NCBI GenBank assembly: GCA_038233495.1
Contig: JBBSLW010000001.1
Location: 1 to 46,435, forward strand
Direction: 5' to 3'
DNA length: 46,435 bases
From: Chthoniobacterales bacterium
GTDB taxonomy: Bacteria; Verrucomicrobiota; Verrucomicrobiia; Chthoniobacterales; UBA10450
Part shown: positions 36,082-44,680 of the stretch, piece by piece
Position numbering within the stretch: the first letter of the stretch is position 1
Layout of the letters: each line of letters starts with the position of its first letter
Translations under genes and position numbers: made by a program
The notes under the pieces: generated by a model
The model's input: only the letters and a program-made list of their open reading frames with translations
Database searches by the model: none
What the model was told of the DNA's origin: nothing

Positions 36082-39000
36082 TTAGACCTTGGTGTGTTCG
36101 GGGGACTGCGTGAACTGGAGAAGCGCACTCTGCAAGCGCGGAAATTTCTCCCGAATGTCATCGAGCAAAGGCATAGCTCCGGACAGGTCACCGGACTGGC
36201 CGGCTTTCTCCAGCGCCCGCAATGGCAACGTCAGGACTTCGACGCCGATGGACATACTGGAGCCCACTATCTTATGAGCCAGGTTGGCCACCTCCGGGGC
36301 TGACCTCGTTAGGATCGCTTCTTTCAAGCCGTCGAGCATGACGATGGTTTGCGCCAGGTAAATCCCGACGAAATGCTCCATTCGCTCAGGATCGTTATCC
36401 GTGATATCCCTGAGCTGTTCGAAGTCCACCAGCACTTCTTCCGGACAGTCACTGACGGGCGGTGGAGAGACGGGTGCAGGGTCAGAGACCTCGACCGCGC
36501 TGGATTGGACTTTATCGTAGCGATTCAAAGCCACCTCAAGTTCGTGACTCCGCACTGGCTTGCTCAGATAGTCGTTCATTCCCGCCGTCAGGCATTTTTC
36601 GCGGTCTCCGGCCATCGCGTTGGCCGTCATGGCAATGATATGGACTGGCTTTTTCCAATCGAAGCCTCCGGCGCGTTTCTGCTCCATCTCACGGATGCGG
36701 CCGGTCGTCTCATAGCCGTCGAGAAGTGGCATTTGGCAATCCATCAAGATGATGTCGTAAGGGTTGCGCTCAAAGGCATCAAAGACTTCCGTTCCATCAG
36801 CAACCGCATCGGCGCTATAACCAAGTTTCCGGAGCAAGCCCAAGGCGACCCGCTGGTTCACATCGTTATCTTCCGCCAGCAGGATGCGCATTTTCCGATC
36901 GACGGCCGGAGAAGCGATCGGAACAGGCAAGACTCTTTTCGCTTTCTCAGCCGCGCCGACGGTTTTGGTCCCGACCACTTTGGCGATCGAATCAAAGAGA
37001 AGCGATTGCTTGATTGGTTTGATCAGGCAGTCGTCGATGCCGGTAGCTCGCAGTTTTTTCGCGTCCAAGCGTGCACCAACCGAAGAGAGAAGGACAAGGC
37101 GCACCCCGGCCAGATCCTTTTGGGACTTTATGGCTCGTGCCAGAGTGACCCCATCGGTGCCCGGCATTTGCATATCCAGCAGAACCACATCGTAAGGGTC
37201 ATCCGCGGCCTCGGCGGTGCGCAATTCCTCCAGAGCACTCTCCGCGTCCCGCGCCGCTCGGGAGCGCATCTTCCAGGCGCGCGTCTGGAGCCGCAGGATC
37301 TCGCAGTTCGTTTCGTTGTCGTCTACGATCAGAACGTGCAGATTGGCCAACTCCTCGGCGATCACGAGGTCTTCGGGGAACTCACCGGCTGATTTCATTA
37401 GACGGACCGTAAACCAGAAGAGCGATCCTTTACCGGGGATGCTATCAACGCCGACCGTGCCGTGCATGTGTGCGATGAGTTGTTTCGAGATAACCAGTCC
37501 CAGCCCCGTGCCGCCATACTTGCGCGTCGTCGAGCCATCCGCCTGGCTAAAAGGTTGAAAAAGCCTTTGCCGCGCCTCCGGCTTGATCCCGATCCCGGTG
37601 TCCTGCACCTCAAAGCGCAGAAACGCCTCTCCCTCACTTTCCCCTTCCAGAGATATCTTCACTACCACTTCGCCGTGTTCGGTAAACTTGATCGCGTTGC
37701 CCACGAAATTGAGGAGCACCTGCCGCACCCGGCCCGGGTCGCCGCGGAGGTGGACTGGCACGTCATGCTCGATGAGGCAGGCTAACTCCAGGCCCTTGCC
37801 CTCCGCCTTATGCGCCAGCAACTCCAATCCACCGTGGACGGCCTCATGGAGGTCAAAATCAATCTCCTCAAAAGATAGCTTGCCCGCTTCGATTTTGGAG
37901 AAATCGAGAATGTCATCGATCACCTTCAGCAATGACTCCGCGCTGCTCTGGATCGTGCTGGCAAAAGACCGTTGCTCAGGATTCAGCGCGGTGTCGAGTA
38001 ACAGGCCAGTCATGCCCATGACTCCATTCATCGGCGTCCGTATCTCGTGACTCATGTTGGCGAGAAACTCACTTTTCGCGATGGTCGCGGCTTCCGCCGC
38101 GCTCTTGGCCAGGAGCAGATCGTTCTCCTTTCGCCTCAGCTCTGTCACATCCTGTGAGGTCCCGTACAACCGAGTCACCCGTCCGGTTTCATCGGTAAGA
38201 ATATTTTCCCGATTGTGTAGAATCCGTTCCTGCCCATCCGGCCAGATGATGCGGCTATCGCTTCCGGCCAATCTATCGTCCGCCAGCCCCACGTCGACAC
38301 CATCCACCGTCTCCCGCCGACTGGGATGCACACAGGAGAGGTAGTGTTCGTAACTTGGCTCGAAGGCGCCCGGCTCACAACCGAAGAGCCGATATTGCTC
38401 ATCCGACCAAAGGAGTCTTCTCTCCTTAACATCCCATTCCCAGCTTCCTACTCGCGCCACTTCCTGCGCTTCCGCCAGGCGCGCTTCACTCGTCGTGAGC
38501 CTTTCCTCCGCCCGCTTGCGCTCGATCGCGCCCGCAATTTGATCCGCCACCGAAGAAAGAAATTCCTGGTCGCGCAGACTGTAGGCGTTGGCCCGCTCAT
38601 AATGTTGCACCACCAGCACACCGATGGTGCGAGCGGGCGTCCGCAGCGGCACACCGAGCCAGGAGGGAGAGTCCGACCCGATTAACTTCAGTTCGCCGCT
38701 CGCATGCATCCGCTCCGAGACCTCTTTGGTTAACAAGAGCGGCTGGCCGGTCCGCTGGACGTAGCTCGTGCAGCTTCGCCCATCCTTGCCCGGCTGCGGC
38801 GGCGGAACCGGATCGACCTTATCCACCCAAAACTCAAAGCGGAGCAGATCGTCCGCCGGATCGTGCAAGGCGACGAAGCAATTCTCGGCCGAGAGGAGTT
38901 TGCCAATTGAGCGCCAGGCGAGATCAAGTAACTCATCCAAATTGCTCGTTGTGCTCACGCCTTGGAGAATGTCGGAGGTGACCTGCCGTTCCGCGTCCGC

Positions 39001-40563
39001 CCGGATTTGCTCGGTGGTATCGGCAAAGACCACGACCGCACCAATGATTTCACCTTCCTCATCGCGCGTGGGTGTGATGGTGTATCGCACTGGGAAACTC
39101 GTTCCATCCTTGCGCCAGAAAACGTCACTCTCGACGCGCCGCGACGCACCCGTCCTTAAGGTCACGTCAATCGGGTTCTCGTTTTCCGGATAGGGCGAAC
39201 CATCCGCACGACTGTGATGCATGACCGCGTGCGCCGATTGCCCGTGCAATTCCGAGCTCTCCCAGCCTAACAAGCGGGTGGCGGCGGGGTTCGCAAAGAG
39301 GATCTGGCCCTCACAATTGATCCACTGAATTCCTTCCCCGACCGCGTTCAAGACCAGCTCATTGTCGCGCTGCAATTTATAGATTTGCTGTTTTGCCTGC
39401 TCGATGTTTTCCACCTGCCCGCGGATCGCCTTGGCAATCAGCCACGCCAGCCAGAAGAAGACGATCGCGAAACAGACGCCGGTGATCATCAGCCGCCGCC
39501 AGTTCGCCGTCAGCTCCTGTTCGATCGCTGCCGTCAGCGCCTCGGATTGCTCCCGGGCCGACTGCAGATAGGCAGCCAACGCGACATCGATTTTAACGGC
39601 GAGGACCGATCGCTCGAGATTCAGCTTCTCCCGTTCGCTCCGCAGGCGCAGCACCTCCCGTCGGAAATCGTAGAGCCCGCCTTTGCCCGGCTCGATGGTC
39701 TGCTGCGTCCCATCATTTCGGTGACTCTCACCGAATAGGCTCGCCGATAATTCGGTCATCTCCTCTGCCGCCGCCGCTTCCTCGCCCGGCCGCGATTCCA
39801 CAAAGACCTCCAGGTCGCGGCGCAGCCTCTCCAAGGCCGGCTTCAGCTCGTTGTCCTTCAGGTTCGGGAGAATATCCGCCTGCTCGTCACCACCCAGCCG
39901 CTCCACGAGGCTTTCCACTTCCGCCAGTTCCCGCTTCAAATCGCCCGCATGCAGAATCTGCCGTTTCCCTTCTCCGGTCAGGATCTCTCGCGCCAACTCA
40001 TCGGCTTCCGCGCCGGTTGCTTCCTGCCAGTGCTTCATCTGGATGGCTTGCTTTAATCGCGCGCTGCCCTCCAGCGTCTCAACCGTCCCGCGCAGCGTCG
40101 TGAGCCGCTTTCGCACCTCGCCCATGGTTCTTTCTTCGCCCAGGTCGCGCGACACCGCCTCCTGCCGTTCGCGCCAGGTCAACGACCGCCGTTTGATGCC
40201 TACCAATCCGTCGCTCAAGGAATCGAACTGGCGGAGCGCCTCCGATAGGGAGGACCGTTCCCAGGGCCGATTCAGCCGGTCAATCATCGTCGCGAGTTCT
40301 TCGGACGCCCGGGTATTCCTCAGCGGCACGCCCTCCGCCAGGATGCCGATGATCTCATTCCGCGCGGCGCTCGACTGGCGCAAAATATCCTCCGAGATCT
40401 GGTAAAGCCGCTTCTGCTCCGCCTGCAATTTGCCCCGCTCCGCGCGCGTCGACCGCATCTGGTAATCGACCAGACCGACCAGGACCAGGATCGTCGTTAG
40501 GCCGAGTGCCGCCAGCAGCCGCACCATCCAGGAAATCCGGCCCGTTTCCCTCGCGCTAATCAT
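36082..40563 (-). CDS. hybrid sensor histidine kinase (TM - coiled-coil sensor region - TM - PAS - GAF - PAS - HisKA - HATPase - REC - REC - HPt)
   Basis: 1493 aa. The H-box is FLANMSHEIRTPMNG and the N/G boxes are VGNAIKFT and DTGIGI...GGTGLGL. It has two receivers (LIVDDNETN...LLDMQMPGTDG; ILLAEDNDVN...LMDCQMPLLDG) and a C-terminal HPt (LAHKIVGSSMSIG). Confidence 0.9.
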   Translation of the reverse strand: MISARETGRISWMVRLLAALGLTTILVLVGLVDYQMRSTRAERGKLQAEQKRLYQISEDILRQSSAARNEIIGILAEGVPLRNTRASEELATMIDRLNRPWERSSLSEALRQFDSLSDGLVGIKRRSLTWRERQEAVSRDLGEERTMGEVRKRLTTLRGTVETLEGSARLKQAIQMKHWQEATGAEADELAREILTGEGKRQILHAGDLKRELAEVESLVERLGGDEQADILPNLKDNELKPALERLRRDLEVFVESRPGEEAAAAEEMTELSASLFGESHRNDGTQQTIEPGKGGLYDFRREVLRLRSEREKLNLERSVLAVKIDVALAAYLQSAREQSEALTAAIEQELTANWRRLMITGVCFAIVFFWLAWLIAKAIRGQVENIEQAKQQIYKLQRDNELVLNAVGEGIQWINCEGQILFANPAATRLLGWESSELHGQSAHAVMHHSRADGSPYPENENPIDVTLRTGASRRVESDVFWRKDGTSFPVRYTITPTRDEEGEIIGAVVVFADTTEQIRADAERQVTSDILQGVSTTSNLDELLDLAWRSIGKLLSAENCFVALHDPADDLLRFEFWVDKVDPVPPPQPGKDGRSCTSYVQRTGQPLLLTKEVSERMHASGELKLIGSDSPSWLGVPLRTPARTIGVLVVQHYERANAYSLRDQEFLSSVADQIAGAIERKRAEERLTTSEARLAEAQEVARVGSWEWDVKERRLLWSDEQYRLFGCEPGAFEPSYEHYLSCVHPSRRETVDGVDVGLADDRLAGSDSRIIWPDGQERILHNRENILTDETGRVTRLYGTSQDVTELRRKENDLLLAKSAAEAATIAKSEFLANMSHEIRTPMNGVMGMTGLLLDTALNPEQRSFASTIQSSAESLLKVIDDILDFSKIEAGKLSFEEIDFDLHEAVHGGLELLAHKAEGKGLELACLIEHDVPVHLRGDPGRVRQVLLNFVGNAIKFTEHGEVVVKISLEGESEGEAFLRFEVQDTGIGIKPEARQRLFQPFSQADGSTTRKYGGTGLGLVISKQLIAHMHGTVGVDSIPGKGSLFWFTVRLMKSAGEFPEDLVIAEELANLHVLIVDDNETNCEILRLQTRAWKMRSRAARDAESALEELRTAEAADDPYDVVLLDMQMPGTDGVTLARAIKSQKDLAGVRLVLLSSVGARLDAKKLRATGIDDCLIKPIKQSLLFDSIAKVVGTKTVGAAEKAKRVLPVPIASPAVDRKMRILLAEDNDVNQRVALGLLRKLGYSADAVADGTEVFDAFERNPYDIILMDCQMPLLDGYETTGRIREMEQKRAGGFDWKKPVHIIAMTANAMAGDREKCLTAGMNDYLSKPVRSHELEVALNRYDKVQSSAVEVSDPAPVSPPPVSDCPEEVLVDFEQLRDITDNDPERMEHFVGIYLAQTIVMLDGLKEAILTRSAPEVANLAHKIVGSSMSIGVEVLTLPLRALEKAGQSGDLSGAMPLLDDIREKFPRLQSALLQFTQSPEHTKV

Positions 40564-41812
40564 GCGCCGAAGCCCCCTTCATCAGTTGCGTCAGATCTTT
40601 CCATTGAAAGGGAACAAACGCCCCGTCCTTCAAGACCGTTGGCCAGACCCGATGGCATGCCTGGTGTTCCCCAGGCCCGAGGACGAGCGGTTGTCCCAAT
40701 CCCAGGTCGAACTCGCCCAGTCCTTCCAGCGCATCGATGATATTTTCCCGGCTCGGCTCGCCCGCGATCGTCTGCAGCGCTCGGCTGAGAATCCGCGCTG
40801 CAATATACCCTTCCAGGTCGCCGTAACTCGGCGTCGCGGCCGGCTCCAGCACCGCCAGATCCTCGACGTAATCGCGCACGATCGGGAGGCTGCGATCCAA
40901 CGGGGAAGGCACCACCTGCGTCACGATTACCTTCGCTTCGGTCGGTCCGAGCGCTTGCGCGAGCGGCTCGCTCCCCACGAACGATAAATTGAGAAAAAGA
41001 GGCTGCAGACCGGCCTCCCGGCATACTTGAATGAACTTCGCACAAGGCGCGTAGGCGCCCACCATCACCACCGCGCGCGGCGGTGGCTCGGCGACGACCA
41101 GGCTCGCGACCGCATTTTCCACTGCAAGTGTGTTGCGCTCGTAGCGCACGTGCAGGATCGAATTCTCATCCTTCCAGCCGTGGCGCGCCAAAGCGGCCAT
41201 CCCGCCCTTGAAACCGGCATCTCCATAACCATCGCGCTGGGTAAAAAACGCGATCTTCTCCGGTTTGAGGCCCAGATCGTCGATCAGCCCGTCGATCATC
41301 GTCGCTGCCTCCTCGGCGTAGCTCGCCCGATAATTGATCACGTAGCGGTTAGGTGGATTGGTCCGCAACACCCCCGCGCCGCTGTAGGCGGCAAAGAAGA
41401 GCGTCTTTTGCTCAACCGCGATCGGGAGCGCAACGATCGCGGTCGGCGTTCCGACATTGCCGATGACCGTCAATACTTTGTCGCGATCGACCAGCTCCCG
41501 CACGTTCGGCGCGGTCCGCAATGGCTCGTAGCCGTCATCCAGCGCAACGAGACGCAGCTTGCGGCCGTGGACACCGCCGGCCCGGTTCGCCCGCTCCAGG
41601 CCTGTCTGCACGCCCCGGCGCATCGCCTGCCCCAGGGCAGCGGCCGGCCCGGTCAAGGCCGTCGACATCCCGAGAACAATTTCTTCCCGGGCGACCGCCT
41701 CGCTGGCAGCAAAGCCCCGCTCGGAAACGAGCAAAACGAGGCTCACGACCAACAGGAGCACCGCGCCGCGGTAATGCTGGCGTTTCCAGCGGGATGAAAT
41801 GAGAGATAGCAT
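40556..41812 (-). CDS. periplasmic ligand-binding protein (type I, LivK/Peripla_BP_6-like)
   Basis: The ATG at 41812 gives MLSLISSRWKRQHYRGAVLLLVVSLVLLVS (signal/anchor). Next come IVLGMSTALTGPAAALG and LVALDDGYEP, typical of branched-chain amino-acid-binding-like PBPs. The stop overlaps the kinase start by 8 nt. Confidence 0.75.
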   Translation of the reverse strand: MLSLISSRWKRQHYRGAVLLLVVSLVLLVSERGFAASEAVAREEIVLGMSTALTGPAAALGQAMRRGVQTGLERANRAGGVHGRKLRLVALDDGYEPLRTAPNVRELVDRDKVLTVIGNVGTPTAIVALPIAVEQKTLFFAAYSGAGVLRTNPPNRYVINYRASYAEEAATMIDGLIDDLGLKPEKIAFFTQRDGYGDAGFKGGMAALARHGWKDENSILHVRYERNTLAVENAVASLVVAEPPPRAVVMVGAYAPCAKFIQVCREAGLQPLFLNLSFVGSEPLAQALGPTEAKVIVTQVVPSPLDRSLPIVRDYVEDLAVLEPAATPSYGDLEGYIAARILSRALQTIAGEPSRENIIDALEGLGEFDLGLGQPLVLGPGEHQACHRVWPTVLKDGAFVPFQWKDLTQLMKGASAHD

Positions 41813-41996
41813 CGGATTTTCGGCAAGGGCACTGCGATTTTGAAGACGGCATCCCCTGCCTGACCACCGGCTGCAAAAAAGATCCGAAGAGACAGCCCCT
41901 GCGGAATACGCTCTCCAACCAAGCACAAAGCATTCCTTCGGCGTCGCTACGCGTTGGTGGGGCCATGCCCTTGAGCGCGTTACCTAGGGCATGTGA

Positions 41997-42149
41997 TACA
42001 CTTCGATGCTGGCGGGTGTCTCGACGGGGCTCTCGGTGCCGGTGTCGAGTTACGCGCCGCTGGAGGCGGGGGTGACTTATGAGATGTGGCTGGTGGGTCA
42101 CAACGCGCAGGGCGAAGGCCCGGCCAGCCCGCACGTCAATTACACGGCG
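41997..42149 (+). pseudogene. fragment resembling the C-terminal part of a fibronectin type III domain
   Basis: The frame opens just after a TGA and reads ...VSSYAPLEAGVTYEMWLVGHNAQGEGPASPHVNYTA, matching the FN3 pattern L.pgt.Y...V.A.N..G.GP.S. There is no plausible N-terminus, and downstream it becomes Arg/Gly-rich noise overlapping the amidase start. Confidence 0.3.
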
Positions 42150-42195
42150 CAGGGGTCGGTCGGCAGGCGGCGCGGGCAGGCGCCGGGGCATAGGA

Positions 42196-43350
42196 ATGCG
42201 CTTGCGAGCGCCGGGGTGCGCCGTCACTTTGCCCGCTGTGCAGCTCGCCCGATTTCTCATCCTCCTGCTCGCCGCGGGATTCGTTAGCCGCGCCCTGGCC
42301 GCGGATTGGGAGGTCATCCGGGTGCAGGATCGCGACTACGTTTCCTTCGCAAACGTGGCGCAGTTTTACGGCTTCTCGAAGGTGGCGCAGATCAATCGCA
42401 CGGTCTCGTTGCGCGATGATCGGCGCGGGCTGCGGGCGCAGGCTGGGACGAGTGAATTTCAGATCAATGGGGTGCGTTTTTTCAGCGACTTCCCGCTGCT
42501 CGCCCGGGGCGATGAGAATCTGATCTCGGCGCTCGACGTTTCCAAGATCATCGAGCCGGTCCTGCGTCCGAATAAGATCAGCGGCGCGCGCAAGATCGAC
42601 ACGGTGGTGCTCGACCCGGGACATGGCGGGCAGGATAGCGGGACGATGGGAGCGCGCGGGAATGAAAAGGGGTTCACGCTCGAGGTGGCGTTGACCGCGC
42701 GCGAACAACTCCTGCGCGCGGGGTTCAAGGTGGAAATGACCCGCAACGCCGATGAGGAGGCTTCGCTCGAGCAACGGGTCGCGTTCGCGAATCAATTCCC
42801 GAATGCGGTTTTCATCAGCATCCATTTTAATTCCGCGCCGGCGGGGTCGGGGGTGGAGAGCTACACGCTGGCCCCGGAAGGCGTCCCCTCGAATGCCTCG
42901 ACCGAGACGCATCCTTCCTCGGCCGACACGCAATGGTATGAAGGCAACGCGCAGGACCCGGCAAACATCGCGCTCGCGGCGGCGGTGCACGCTTCGATTC
43001 TGTCGCGCGTCTCAGTCTTCGACCGCGGGGTGCGGCATGCGCGCTTCCAAGTCTTGCGCGACTGCAAGATCCCGGCGGTGCTGGTGGAGGCTGGTTTCCT
43101 GAACGACCCGGTGGAAGGGGGCCGCATCGCCACCCCGCAATACCGACAGGAGCTCGGGCAGGCGATTGCGCAGGCGGTCACGAGCTACAACCAGGCGGTG
43201 AATTTCGAGGCGACCGGGCCGACCTTCGTGGCCGCGGCGCGGAATCTCCCGGCGCACACCCGCTCGATCAACGAGTCGTTAGCCGCGGGCCGGCCGCCGG
43301 CCGCGCCCGCCCCCGAGGAGCCCTCGGCCGTGATCCGCCCTTCCGAATAA
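42196..43350 (+). CDS. N-acetylmuramoyl-L-alanine amidase (Amidase_3, AmiA/B/C-like)
   Basis: The ATG at 42196 gives MRLRAPGCAVTLPAVQLARFLILLLAAGFVSRALA (signal). The catalytic domain has VVLDPGHGGQDSG, FISIHFNS and VLVEAGFLND. Confidence 0.85.
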   Translation: MRLRAPGCAVTLPAVQLARFLILLLAAGFVSRALAADWEVIRVQDRDYVSFANVAQFYGFSKVAQINRTVSLRDDRRGLRAQAGTSEFQINGVRFFSDFPLLARGDENLISALDVSKIIEPVLRPNKISGARKIDTVVLDPGHGGQDSGTMGARGNEKGFTLEVALTAREQLLRAGFKVEMTRNADEEASLEQRVAFANQFPNAVFISIHFNSAPAGSGVESYTLAPEGVPSNASTETHPSSADTQWYEGNAQDPANIALAAAVHASILSRVSVFDRGVRHARFQVLRDCKIPAVLVEAGFLNDPVEGGRIATPQYRQELGQAIAQAVTSYNQAVNFEATGPTFVAAARNLPAHTRSINESLAAGRPPAAPAPEEPSAVIRPSE

Positions 43351-44193
43351 ATGAGCGACCTGCCTCAGCCCAATGAGCCGCCGGCGCGGAGCCGGCCGAT
43401 CGGGGTTTTCGATTCCGGGATCGGCGGGCTGACCGTGGTGCGGGCGCTGCGCGAGCTTTTGCCTAACGAGACGATTCGTTACCTGGGCGACACGGCGCGC
43501 GTGCCCTACGGCGGGAAAAGCGCGGCCACGGTCGAGCGTTACAGCCTCGAGATCGCGGGGATGCTGCTCGCGCAGAATTGCAAAACGATCGTGGTCGCCT
43601 GCAACACCGCTTCCGCCCTCGCCCTGCCGCGGCTCGAGGAAGAGAGCCCGGTCCCGGTCCTCGGCGTCATCCGGCCCGGTGCGGAAGCCGCCGTGGCCGC
43701 GACCCGCAACGGACACATCGGCGTGATCGGGACGCGCGCGACGATCAAGAGCGGGGCCTACGAGCGCGCGATTCAGGCGCTGGAGCCGGCGGTCCGCGTC
43801 TCGGCCCGGGCCTGCCCGCTTTTCGTGCCGTTGATCGAGGAGGGCTGGCTGGAGAGCGAGATCACGGACGGGATCATCCGACAATATCTGGAACCGCTCG
43901 TCCAGGATGGAGTCGATACGCTGGTCCTCGGTTGCACGCATTACCCGCTGCTCCGTGGTGCGATCGGGCGCTTTCTTGGGGACGCGGTGACGCTGGTGGA
44001 TTCGGCGCAGAATTGCGCCGCGGCGGTGGCACGGTTGCTGGACGAGGAGGATTTGCGCGCCGCGCCGGGAGCCGCGGGACATCTCGCGGTGGCGTTGACG
44101 GATCCGCCCGATGCTTTTCTAGAGGTGGCGCGCGAGGCGTTACAGCTCGATCTCGGGACGGTGCAGCTGCGACAGGTGATCCACGGGAAGTAG
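43351..44193 (+). CDS. murI: glutamate racemase
   Basis: [21 protein letters not shown] and LGCTHYPLL are canonical MurI catalytic-Cys motifs. It starts 1 nt after the amidase stop. Confidence 0.93.
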   Translation: MSDLPQPNEPPARSRPIGVFDSGIGGLTVVRALRELLPNETIRYLGDTARVPYGGKSAATVERYSLEIAGMLLAQNCKTIVVACNTASALALPRLEEESPVPVLGVIRPGAEAAVAATRNGHIGVIGTRATIKSGAYERAIQALEPAVRVSARACPLFVPLIEEGWLESEITDGIIRQYLEPLVQDGVDTLVLGCTHYPLLRGAIGRFLGDAVTLVDSAQNCAAAVARLLDEEDLRAAPGAAGHLAVALTDPPDAFLEVAREALQLDLGTVQLRQVIHGK

Positions 44194-44214
44194 GACACCG
44201 GCCGAACGCAGCCG

Positions 44215-44294
44215 GTAGGGCGAGACTCCGTCGAGCGAGGGAACGCTCGGCCAGAAATGACGCGCCTCCTCAGCTCGACGGAGTCTCGCCCTAC
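44215..44294. repeat. perfect 22-bp inverted repeat (possible bidirectional terminator / REP-like element)
   Basis: gtagggcgagactccgtcgagc (44215-44236) is the exact reverse complement of gctcgacggagtctcgccctac (44273-44294), with a 36-nt spacer. It lies between convergent murI and the yjbR-like gene. A diverged half-copy lies at 31402-31424. Confidence 0.8.
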
Positions 44295-44335
44295 CGAAAG
44301 GAACGCTCCGGAGGATCTGCCCCTTAACGCGTGCG

Positions 44336-44671
44336 CTATTTTCGCTTTGGCAGACGCGCGGCGACGAGGTCGTAGGAGTGGTCAATCATGCCGCGCAGCT
44401 CCGCGGCCGGGATCGCGCCGGTCAGCGCGACGGTGTTCCAGTGTTTCTTGTTCATGTGATAACCGGGCTGCACTTCCTCGTAGCGATCGCGCAAATCGAG
44501 GGCGCGCTCGGGATCACATTTCAGGTTTACGCGCGGCGGGACGTCGTCGAGCGAAGCGAGAGCGAACATCTTGCCACCGACCTTGAAGACGAGCGTGTCC
44601 TCGCCAAACGGCGTGCCCTCGGTCGCGCCCGGCTTCTGCAGGCAGTATTCGCGAAATTCCTCCAGGTTCAC
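44336..44671 (-). CDS. MmcQ/YjbR family DNA-binding protein
   Basis: 111 aa, NLEEFREYCLQKPGATEGTPFGEDTLVFKVGGKMFA...NLKCDPE...GYHMNKKHWNTV matches the YjbR family pattern. GTG start. Confidence 0.8.
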   Translation of the reverse strand: MNLEEFREYCLQKPGATEGTPFGEDTLVFKVGGKMFALASLDDVPPRVNLKCDPERALDLRDRYEEVQPGYHMNKKHWNTVALTGAIPAAELRGMIDHSYDLVAARLPKRK

Positions 44672-44680
44672 CGGCCAAGC

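Noticed and set aside
42006-42287. A 93-aa ORF upstream of and overlapping the amidase gene, considered as an intact small gene.
   Set aside because: Only its first ~48 residues look like protein (an FN3 fragment). The remainder is Arg/Gly-rich and overlaps the amidase signal-peptide region in another frame. I treated it as a remnant, not a functional CDS.
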